Source: a virus. Taken from it: DNA of 38,470 nt. Both the position numbers and the translations under genes were made by a program. The stretch is taken from the IMG/VR virus record IMGVR_UViG_2919289632_000001; one strand, 5' to 3'. This document shows positions 7,700 through 14,337 of the stretch, piece by piece. Within the stretch, counting starts at the first letter, position 1. Every line of letters starts with the position of its first letter. A model generated the notes under the pieces. That model saw nothing but the letters and a program-made list of their open reading frames with translations, was not told the DNA's origin and did no database searches.

Positions 7700-8296
7700 T
7701 TACACAGCCCTCCCTGCTAGACGCTCCATCAGAGGACGCTCTCGGTACTCGCCAAACACTCCCCCGAAGAACTCGTTTGCGCCTTCATGAAGCATGCGGT
7801 CCAGCTTTGGGCTGGTGGTCATCGCGCGCATCACGGCCATGTCTGCGCACCACTTCAGAGGCCGGGTGGTAATGCTGTCGTCCTTTGTGGCGCTGTTCTC
7901 CAGGTTGAGCGCAACGATGAGGCTCAGGGACTTGTGGCCATACATGTGCACGCGTTCTGAATTGCGATCAGGTCGGCCGCAGTTGATGGCCTCCAAGATC
8001 TGCTCCCGGCAGCCCTTCTGATCGAGCGCAGCGCACAAGTGGAACAGGTAGTTGCCGATCTCGATTTCCATCGTCTCCGCCTGCAATATGACTTCACCCA
8101 GATTGGCGATGATCGTGGCCGCCCGAGCCCCCTCAGGTGTGCCCATGCCGAGGCGTTCCAGTAGATGGTTGCATTCCTGCAGCTCGTGCCTTGATTCAAC
8201 CCGGACCGAAACGATGCGGCGCGCAATGCCGCGCAGGTACACCAGCTGCCTGATGAGCTGGTTGGCGGTCTCGGAGCCGGTCAGTTCGAGGTTCAT
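7700..8296 (-). CDS. Hypothetical protein (198 aa)
   Basis: GC3 is about 85% in frame (sampled 7861-7920). No domain recognised. Confidence 0.8.
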   Translation of the reverse strand: MNLELTGSETANQLIRQLVYLRGIARRIVSVRVESRHELQECNHLLERLGMGTPEGARAATIIANLGEVILQAETMEIEIGNYLFHLCAALDQKGCREQILEAINCGRPDRNSERVHMYGHKSLSLIVALNLENSATKDDSITTRPLKWCADMAVMRAMTTSPKLDRMLHEGANEFFGGVFGEYRERPLMERLAGRAV

Positions 8297-8490
8297 GTTT
8301 GCAGTCTGCGGTGAAATTGATTGATGCGGGAGGCCGATATCGGCACGAAAACGACCGATATCCCCATGTCACAGAAAACTTGCGCGGCGTGCGCGCCACA
8401 GCAGGCCACCGGCCCAGGCCAATGCCTCAACAGGCCCGGCGCCAGCTGCACGGCGCATGCTGGCCAGGCGAACAAAGCAGGTGATGGTTT

Positions 8491-8886
8491 TCATTCCTCG
8501 GTTCCTTTCGTGCGGATGACGGTGACGGGTGCGCATTGGAAAGCGGCACCCGCGTTGATCTCTTCCTCAATGAGGCGGACGCGCTCGGGGTAGGCCGTCC
8601 CTTGGGCTTCCAGCTCAGCATGGCGCCGCGCTGCGTAGTGCTGGCGCAGCCGCTCCCGGCCGCCCAACTCGTCGCTCTTTGCCTCGCAGTAGCTGCACAG
8701 GCATCGAACGCCGCTGGCCCGAAGATCCCGTCCTTCCCGTTCCGCGGTGCGGACCTGCTCAGGGGTGACGCAGTTCGCGACACAAAATCCGCGAAGGTAG
8801 TCGGCGTCCATGGGCGGAATACCGTGGCGAGCGTCAAGGCGCACGCGTATGAGGGCCTCGCTGGAGAGTGTGGGGATAACGGTCAT
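8491..8886 (-). CDS. Hypothetical Cys-rich protein (131 aa)
   Basis: GC3 is about 95% in frame (8641-8700), which beats the overlapping 8427..8837 frame. The cluster CVANC...CLCSYC suggests metal binding. Confidence 0.8.
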   Translation of the reverse strand: MTVIPTLSSEALIRVRLDARHGIPPMDADYLRGFCVANCVTPEQVRTAEREGRDLRASGVRCLCSYCEAKSDELGGRERLRQHYAARRHAELEAQGTAYPERVRLIEEEINAGAAFQCAPVTVIRTKGTEE

Positions 8887-9587
8887 GCCATCCCCATTTC
8901 GGTATTGGTGGGCTGCCCACTCGTCGCTATAGTTGTAAATGCAACGTCACAACTACGGCCGAGAGGGGCATCCCATGAAAACGATTCACACTGAACCTGA
9001 GCGTAGAAGCCAAGTGCCTCCGGCGCGTCAACCACAGCCGCAGCCACAGCCCGGCCCAGCACGCTTCGGGTCAATTGAGAATGGGCCTCCAGATGACAGA
9101 TGATTTGCTCTTCGATATCCAGTACGGGTACTGGTACAACGCGGCTTGCGAGCGGTTCTATCGGCGAATTGATTTCGCGACGAACTTTGTTCAGCTTGTC
9201 GGCGGCTCCGCCGCAGCGACCGCGGCATTCGGCCAGCGGCCTGACTTGGTGGTGTTGAGCGGTCTGGCTTTGGCAGCTGCTGCTGCCATTTCGCTTACTG
9301 TTCAGCCCGCCGTTAAGGCCGAGCGCCACGAACGAGCCAAGTGCGGGTTCCTGGCAATCAAGCGCGTGCAGCACGCCACACCCGATGACCAGCTCCACAT
9401 CGCCGTAACCGAGGCCCAACAGAGCGGCCCCATCGGCATTGGCGCCCTTGCCATGCCTGCATACAACGATGCGTTGCGAGCGATAAATCGCGAACACGGA
9501 TACCGCACCTTGAAGTGGTGGGAAAAGGTCGCCGCGTTTGTCGCCTGATTTTTTGTAGGAGCCCTGCTGGGCTGTGGTGCTGGACAT
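8883..9587 (-). CDS. Alternative reading of the same DNA: 234-aa ORF that would be the first gene after the leftward promoter
   Basis: For: ATG 9587 has GGAG 6 nt upstream, it lies just downstream of the promoter at 9622-9651, and its stop is ATGA-coupled to the 8491..8886 gene. Against: codon choice is poor (CAA, AAA, GTA frequent) and the last ~65 codons lie in non-coding-looking DNA (GC3 about 55%). Confidence 0.35.
   Translation of the reverse strand: MSSTTAQQGSYKKSGDKRGDLFPPLQGAVSVFAIYRSQRIVVCRHGKGANADGAALLGLGYGDVELVIGCGVLHALDCQEPALGSFVALGLNGGLNSKRNGSSSCQSQTAQHHQVRPLAECRGRCGGAADKLNKVRREINSPIEPLASRVVPVPVLDIEEQIICHLEAHSQLTRSVLGRAVAAAVVDAPEALGFYAQVQCESFSWDAPLGRSCDVAFTTIATSGQPTNTEMGMA
9081..9548 (+). 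CDS. 2-TM membrane protein with SLATT/DUF4231-like topology (candidate effector)
   Basis: It has an N-helix (YGYWYNAACERFYRRIDF), two hydrophobic helices (ATNFVQLVGGSAAATAAF; LVVLSGLALAAAAAISLTV), then a helix AERHERAKCGFLAIKR. Codon choice is CAG>>CAA and AAG>>AAA. It is mutually exclusive with the codon-aligned antisense ORF 8883..9587. Confidence 0.5.
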   Translation: MGLQMTDDLLFDIQYGYWYNAACERFYRRIDFATNFVQLVGGSAAATAAFGQRPDLVVLSGLALAAAAAISLTVQPAVKAERHERAKCGFLAIKRVQHATPDDQLHIAVTEAQQSGPIGIGALAMPAYNDALRAINREHGYRTLKWWEKVAAFVA

Positions 9588-9621
9588 TCTTCACTCCTGC
9601 CTCGGCGAGGCGCTGGAGTGA

Positions 9622-9651
9622 ATTATTAGTCACGGTGTTTTATTGTGTCAA
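9622..9651 (-). promoter_or_regulatory. Near-consensus sigma70-type leftward promoter (pL-like)
   Basis: The minus strand reads TTGACA (9651-9646), 17 nt, TAATAA(T) (9628-9622). It sits in an AT-rich tract directly after the cI stop, and operator-like repeats overlap it. Confidence 0.6.
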
Positions 9652-9692
9652 CACTTACGGTGTTTGTTGCGCAAATTATTTTCTGCGGTGTT
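9633..9692. promoter_or_regulatory. OL-like operator repeats
   Basis: CGGTGTT occurs at 9633-9639, 9658-9664 and 9686-9692. GGTGTT-N10-AACAC at 9634-9654 has the same geometry as the cI/cro operator. Confidence 0.5.
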
Positions 9693-10450
9693 CAGATTCG
9701 TTCGCTCTGTCGGTGCACCACTCGGCCCAAGATGATGCAATGGGCATCGGAGCATTCCTTGCGTGGATAGCGCCGCTGGTCTGGATTGTCGGATGTCATC
9801 CACCAAGTTGCCGCGTCGCGCTGTAGGCGCTTCACGACTGGCTCACCTTCGAAATTGAAGGCAAAAACCTCGCCGTCTTTGGGCTCGGTATCTTCCGTAT
9901 TGATCACCACCACGTCGTCATGAAATAGGGTTGGCTCCATGCTGTGGCCGTGGATCTTTATGGCGATGAGCTTGTAAGGCTTGAAGCCTCTGCGTCGCAG
10001 CCAGTCCGTTCGAAAGAAGATCGGCGCCGCTTCCGTTTCGTCCACATCCACAGCAAAACCGCTGATGCCCGCTCGAAGGGTGAGGCGGACGACCCGCACC
10101 GGGGCCAAGTCTGCATGCAGGTCCATGTCAACGGGAGCTATCGGTGAGGGCAGCTGATCCCCAGGATTGATTGCCGCCGCGATTTCTCTCGCCTCCGCTG
10201 CGAGGCGGGGGCTGAACTCTTCTAGGGCCACGCCCAATCCGCGAGCGAAACCCCGCCCCGCCTTCAAGGACAGAGGCGAGCGCCCGCTTAAAAAGTTGCC
10301 AACGGCACTTTGCCCGCCGATGCCATACATCTCGCCAAACACAGCCTGGGGCGGCTTGTGTGGCGTCGCCTCCCAAATGGACCGGAGTTTCATTGCCTCA
10401 GCCAAGTGCTCGGCGTTGACGCGTGAATTTCTTGAAGAAGTTGGGGACAT
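9692..10450 (-). CDS. cI: CI-type repressor (HTH plus S24 LexA-like autopeptidase)
   Basis: 252 aa. The N-terminal HTH is QAVFGEMYGIGGQSAVGNFLSG. The C-terminal S24 motifs are GHSMEPTL and VVKRL. Confidence 0.95.
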   Translation of the reverse strand: MSPTSSRNSRVNAEHLAEAMKLRSIWEATPHKPPQAVFGEMYGIGGQSAVGNFLSGRSPLSLKAGRGFARGLGVALEEFSPRLAAEAREIAAAINPGDQLPSPIAPVDMDLHADLAPVRVVRLTLRAGISGFAVDVDETEAAPIFFRTDWLRRRGFKPYKLIAIKIHGHSMEPTLFHDDVVVINTEDTEPKDGEVFAFNFEGEPVVKRLQRDAATWWMTSDNPDQRRYPRKECSDAHCIILGRVVHRQSERI

Positions 10451-10467
10451 GGCCGAATCATCAGTGA

Positions 10468-10521
10468 AGGTGTTCGTTACTCAAAACACCTGCAATGTTG
10501 CAGAAAAACACGGGCGGTGTT
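10468..10521. promoter_or_regulatory. OR-like operators between cI and cro
   Basis: AGGTGTT-N10-AACACCT at 10468-10491, the TGCAA-TG-TTGCA palindrome at 10491-10502, and AACAC-N5-GTGTT at 10507-10521. Confidence 0.6.
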
Positions 10522-10532
10522 AAAAACGCGGG

Positions 10533-10784
10533 ATGGCACACCTCAAATCCATTCGCGAACGCCTTGGACTATCCCAGGCCGAACTTGGCGCTGTCATGGG
10601 CTGCGTTCAAGGAAACATCACTGCTTACGAACGAGAAGACAAGCCCCGGCCAGTACCTCACTGGCGAGCCGCAAAGGTCATTGCTTTTGCCAGGTCGCGT
10701 GACTTGGTGCTCTCGTTCGATCACTTCTACAGCGATACGCCGCTGCCTGAACGCGCTGTCGCTGAGGCAGTGGCCCATGGCTGA
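10533..10784 (+). CDS. cro: Cro-like HTH_XRE regulator
   Basis: 83 aa with IRERLGLSQAELGAVMGCVQGNITAYE. It is divergent from cI. Confidence 0.85.
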   Translation: MAHLKSIRERLGLSQAELGAVMGCVQGNITAYEREDKPRPVPHWRAAKVIAFARSRDLVLSFDHFYSDTPLPERAVAEAVAHG

Positions 10785-11087
10785 TCACATCCGCCTTGGT
10801 CGAGGCATCGACCGTGGCGCTTGCATGGAGCCTGGCAGGTTGACTCGCGACACCTGGCAGCAGACCTGCAGCTCGCCCGCCACCCACTTCATTTCCAGCC
10901 TGCTTGATTCGATGGTGCGCACGCGCTCGCCATTGGGCAGCACGTTCTCACTCATCGCCGAGCGTTGGCTTGCGTGGATGACCTGGCCTTTCGCCAGTGC
11001 GGTGTTGGGTGTGGTGTTCGTGTTCATGGCCCGAATCTTCGCGGCCCGCTTCTTCCCCGTCCACGTCCAAATTTCGGAGATCCGGAC

Positions 11088-11624
11088 ATGACCATTGCTC
11101 TTGATGCCCTGAACCGCGCCATCGATGCGCTGCCCGGAGGCCGGCCAGTGGTGGCCGTGCGTCTGAACAAGACGATTGAGGTGCTGCGCAAGGAGCTCTC
11201 CCCGGCGAGCTCGCACAAGCTGGGCGCAGATGACGCCATCGCCATTGCCCGCATTTGCGTGGAGGCGGGCAGCCCGCATGCCTATGACTACGCCCAGGCG
11301 GTAGCCGCTGAGTGCGGTGGTCGCTTCGAGTACGGAGAAGCAGCCCCGCACGCGGCAAACCCCATGGAACGCATTAGCGACCTCATGAGAGAGACCAGCG
11401 ATGTGACTGGCACGTTCATCGAGGCCATGGCCGACAGCCGCATCAGCGACAACGAGCTGGAGCGCATCGAGCGCGAGATCTGTGAGGCTGAGGCGGTCTT
11501 GTCGGCGCTGCGCCAGGCCTCACGCCGGATCAACGCTGCCGGCAAGCCGCGGGCCGCAATGATCGATCTGCCAGTGATCGATCGCATGCGCGCGGAGGCC
11601 CCCGGGCCTGTGATGACGGCTTGA
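11088..11624 (+). CDS. CII/CP76-like regulatory protein
   Basis: ATG 11088 has GGAGA 7 nt upstream. ADSRISDNELERIEREICEAEAVLSALRQ resembles the phage CII-type regulator family. Its position after cro fits. Confidence 0.7.
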   Translation: MTIALDALNRAIDALPGGRPVVAVRLNKTIEVLRKELSPASSHKLGADDAIAIARICVEAGSPHAYDYAQAVAAECGGRFEYGEAAPHAANPMERISDLMRETSDVTGTFIEAMADSRISDNELERIEREICEAEAVLSALRQASRRINAAGKPRAAMIDLPVIDRMRAEAPGPVMTA

Positions 11625-11780
11625 TTTTTGGCGCCACGGCTAGGGTAGCTCCCGAAAAGCAGACTCACCACCTGCCTGCCGCTGGTTTCCTCGTGGTGTG
11701 AGGAAGGGTGATCCCATGTCCCAACTGAAGTCACGCCAGCGCTCGAACATTTCTGCTGCTGGTGCATGGAGGCGCGTCGG

Positions 11781-12410
11781 ATGAGCAGACGCGGAGACCC
11801 TCCGAAGAAAGATCCTCGTGGGCAGCATATGCGGCTCTACAAGGACACCTTTGAGTCACACGCATGGGCATGCCTCAGCGGTGGGGCCAGAGACGCTTAT
11901 TTGGCCCTGCTATTGCAGAAGGGCAGCACGAATAACGGCGACCTGTCTCTTCCGATCACTGTTGCACGCAGATACGGCATCAAGAGCGAAGCCACGCTGG
12001 CAAAGGCACTGCGAGAGCTGTGCTCCGTTGGTCTCCTGGCGATATCTCGCAGAGGCGGCAGCACAAAAGATGGCCGCCGCCAAGTGAACCTATACCGCTT
12101 CACCGACTACGAGGTTTTTGAGAACCCCTCGAAAAACATCGAGGCCTGTAAGCCCACCAACGAGTGGAAGTTGATCAAGACGCTTGCGATGGGGCGCCAA
12201 GCGATTCAGCGGGGCGAAGAGGAGGCTGCAGCCCGTGCCGCAGAAAAAAAAGTCCTACTTCAAAAAATGAAGGGAACCACTTCAAAAAATGAAGTGGTAG
12301 AGCCGAAAACCACTTCAAAAAATGAAGTGTGGGCTGTCGCACCACTTCAAAAAATGAAGCTGGCTCATGGCCCGCCAATTGACGCAAAGCCTTGTGCAGC
12401 AACGGCTTGA
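11781..12410 (+). CDS. Replication initiator (winged-helix, lambda O-like role)
   Basis: ATG 11781 (MSRRGDPPKK) is ATGA-coupled to a 22-codon leader ORF; an alternative ATG lies at 11766. The core is ARDAYLALLLQKGSTNNGDLSLPITVARRYGIKSEATLAKALRELCSVGLLA. Iterons lie inside its 3' end. Confidence 0.7.
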   Translation: MSRRGDPPKKDPRGQHMRLYKDTFESHAWACLSGGARDAYLALLLQKGSTNNGDLSLPITVARRYGIKSEATLAKALRELCSVGLLAISRRGGSTKDGRRQVNLYRFTDYEVFENPSKNIEACKPTNEWKLIKTLAMGRQAIQRGEEEAAARAAEKKVLLQKMKGTTSKNEVVEPKTTSKNEVWAVAPLQKMKLAHGPPIDAKPCAATA

Positions 12411-12462
12411 GGCCTATTGCTCAAAAAACAAGCAATGCCGCACCAGACTTCATTTTTTGAAG
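12257..12462. repeat. Origin iterons
   Basis: ACTTCAAAAAATGAAG at 12257-12272, 12279-12294, 12312-12327 and 12344-12359 (spacing 22/33/32 bp). An inverted copy ACTTCATTTTTTGAAG lies at 12447-12462. A related palindrome ATTGCT-N9-AGCAAT is at 12416-12436, and the flank is AT-rich. Confidence 0.8.
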
Positions 12463-12507
12463 GACTAAGTACTTATTGCCATCCCAGCACCCAAAAAAGG
12501 ACACCAC

Positions 12508-13107
12508 ATGACCGCCAGCCAGAACCGACCACATGACCGCCAGCCAGAGCCTTGGACTGGTGACTTCTTGCCCGACGTGAAGATTGAGCTTGCGGATAGC
12601 GGCTTGATCGAGCTTGAGCAGCAGCAGGGCTGCCAGGACCCTGTGACCGTTGCGATCCACCCCTCGCAGGTGCTGTACATCGCGCAGAAGGCCGGTTTGT
12701 TGCCTGGGATGACTCAGGACCAGGCCGCGGCCCGCGAGGCCCTGCAAAGCCGTATCCGAGAGTTGGAGCGTGATCAGCGGCGGCTGCGCTTGACCCTGCT
12801 GGCCTGCTCGGACCGCACCGAGCAGCTTTTTCAGAATCTGGTCGTGCAGCAAGAACGTGGGCATGAAGATTTGGCTCTTGAGGTCGCGAAAGCTGCAGCC
12901 CTCGCCGACATCCTGGACCTTGCAAAGGCGGACTTCGAAGACGAGTTCGGCGTGTATTCCCGTGACGACGACGGGAAGCGGGTCCACCGAACTGCAGCGG
13001 ACAAGCAAGACGCAGCAGTGACCCGCTCGAAGTCCCCCGTTTTTCCTGAAACACCCCCAAAAGCGGGGGAGCCTCGGGACCTCTTCAACGGGCAGGGGCA
13101 GGGCTGA
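12508..13107 (+). CDS. Hypothetical protein (199 aa), in the position of a replication accessory gene
   Basis: ATG 12508 has AAGGA 6 nt upstream. The middle is coiled-coil-like (RIRELERDQRRLRL). No family recognised. Confidence 0.75.
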   Translation: MTASQNRPHDRQPEPWTGDFLPDVKIELADSGLIELEQQQGCQDPVTVAIHPSQVLYIAQKAGLLPGMTQDQAAAREALQSRIRELERDQRRLRLTLLACSDRTEQLFQNLVVQQERGHEDLALEVAKAAALADILDLAKADFEDEFGVYSRDDDGKRVHRTAADKQDAAVTRSKSPVFPETPPKAGEPRDLFNGQGQG

Positions 13108-13499
13108 TGCTGGTGCTGTCTACAAACCCGCGCGGAACCCGCCGGGCAACCCAGCGAGAACCCGGGGAGAACCCACTGGGTTTTGCAACGGTCCCGAAAA
13201 CGGAACCCATCCCAAAAGCGGCACCGGTCCCGAAACTGGGACTGTTGCGCTGCCAATTTGTCCGTGTCCCTGAGGACATCGGCCGGACAGGGCAGGGACA
13301 GGGCGGGGACAAACCGGGCGTGTCCTCGCTTTTCCGGGCGAATTCCGCCGGAAAGCTTGCGGAATTCCTGGAGTCGGCCACCACCACCTGGGCGGAAATC
13401 CGCCGCCACTGCCGAGGAATTCCAGAACCAAACCCTTGCGCAAAGCCTTCGCTGAAGCCTTTCTCCTACCCATACCCAAAGCACCATGACCACCACTGA
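13107..13499 (+). CDS. Hypothetical Pro/Gly-rich protein (130 aa)
   Basis: The start overlaps the upstream stop (TGATG). GC3 is about 70%. The sequence is repetitive (GGTCCCGAAAAC/GGTCCCGAAACT; GGGCAGGGACAGGGC). Coding status is uncertain. Confidence 0.4.
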   Translation: MLVLSTNPRGTRRATQREPGENPLGFATVPKTEPIPKAAPVPKLGLLRCQFVRVPEDIGRTGQGQGGDKPGVSSLFRANSAGKLAEFLESATTTWAEIRRHCRGIPEPNPCAKPSLKPFSYPYPKHHDHH

Positions 13500-14184
13500 A
13501 TCGACACGGCCCACCATCAGCGAGCGCTTGGCCAGCGCTGCAAACAGTTCCGACCTGTCGGTGCAGATCGACAAGCGAGGCGATGCTGACTACCTGATTG
13601 CGGCCGGCTGCACCCCGGCACGTCTGGGGCGGCACGTCTTCCAATTGATGGCCGAGTGGGATGCCTGCGCGAAGCCGCGGCCAGTGACGCCAGCGGACAT
13701 TGAGCGTTTGGCTGCCGAGCTGCCGCGCATCAAGGCCACCAAGCAGACCAAGCGGGGGGCGCAGGTGGTGGAGATGCTGGATTTGGTGGGGGCTCAGGCG
13801 AAGTACGGCGAGTGGCTGGAAGGCGAGCGCCGCCGTGTTCTCGGCAGGCTGAAGAGCCTGCAGCCGCTCATGGACGCGCATGCGGGCCTGTTGCCTTGGG
13901 TGGTAGGGCGGGGCTATCAGAACGCTGCGCAAAAGCTGCTGGACGTGTTGGGGTGGTGGGCGGACCGGCGCTGCCAAACGTGTCACGGTACTGGCGAGAG
14001 GGAAGGGCGCCCATGCAAGCGCTGCAAGGGATCTGGCGAGCGCCCCATTCCCCACGGACAGGAGGGGCAGGCGATCAGTGAGCACATCGCGGCGCACGTT
14101 GATCGGGCCCGGGTCGGAACGCGGAAGGGCTTGCAGGGCATGCGAAAGCTGAAAGCATTTGCAGCTGGCGAATCTGCGTGTTAG
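13486..14184 (+). CDS. DnaJ-type zinc-finger protein; candidate late-gene regulator by position
   Basis: 232 aa with CQTCHGTGEREGRPCKRCKGSG (two CxxCxGxG units). It is the last gene before the terminated leader and the late operon. Confidence 0.8.
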   Translation: MTTTESTRPTISERLASAANSSDLSVQIDKRGDADYLIAAGCTPARLGRHVFQLMAEWDACAKPRPVTPADIERLAAELPRIKATKQTKRGAQVVEMLDLVGAQAKYGEWLEGERRRVLGRLKSLQPLMDAHAGLLPWVVGRGYQNAAQKLLDVLGWWADRRCQTCHGTGEREGRPCKRCKGSGERPIPHGQEGQAISEHIAAHVDRARVGTRKGLQGMRKLKAFAAGESAC

Positions 14185-14300
14185 ACTGCGGTCCTACAGC
14201 GCAGGCGCATTGAAACCGCCTAGCCATCATCGGCGATTGGCCCCCGGGCGGTGAGTCCGGATCGGCAAAACATCGATGGAGTGGTGCGCTCTGAAATTCC

Positions 14301-14337
14301 AAACCCGCAAGGTTCGTCCTGCGGGTTTCGTCGTTTT
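14301..14337 (+). terminator. Intrinsic terminator-like hairpin
   Basis: A 9-bp stem AAACCCGCA / TGCGGGTTT (14301-14309 / 14320-14328) with a 10-nt loop, followed by CGTCGTTTTT. Confidence 0.65.

Noticed and set aside
7700-8296. HEPN-like Rx4H (RVESRH) in the 198-aa orphan
   Set aside because: It is a single short match without the usual polar residue after Arg and without a second supporting motif, which is too weak to call.
10785-11351. Full-length 188-aa minus ORF
   Set aside because: Its 5' half overlaps the well-supported cII-like gene. Only the 3' 80 codons remain as an open question (see the finding at 10778-11091).
12257-12462. Possible CRISPR array
   Set aside because: The repeats are 16 nt with 6-17 nt gaps, lie inside a coding gene next to an AT-rich tract, and no cas genes are present. 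They behave as origin iterons.
13120-14097. 325-aa minus-strand ORF (also 12421..13008 and 12473..13060 on the minus strand)
   Set aside because: They are antisense to plus-strand genes that have coupling and a natural composition, and their peptides are Arg/Pro/Gly-rich shadows.
14309-14321. GGTTCGTCC in the terminator loop resembling a tRNA T-arm (a second tRNA or tRNA fragment)
   Set aside because: The flanks (GCAAG / CTGCG) do not pair as a T-stem, and no cloverleaf can be drawn. It is better explained as the loop of a 9-bp terminator stem.
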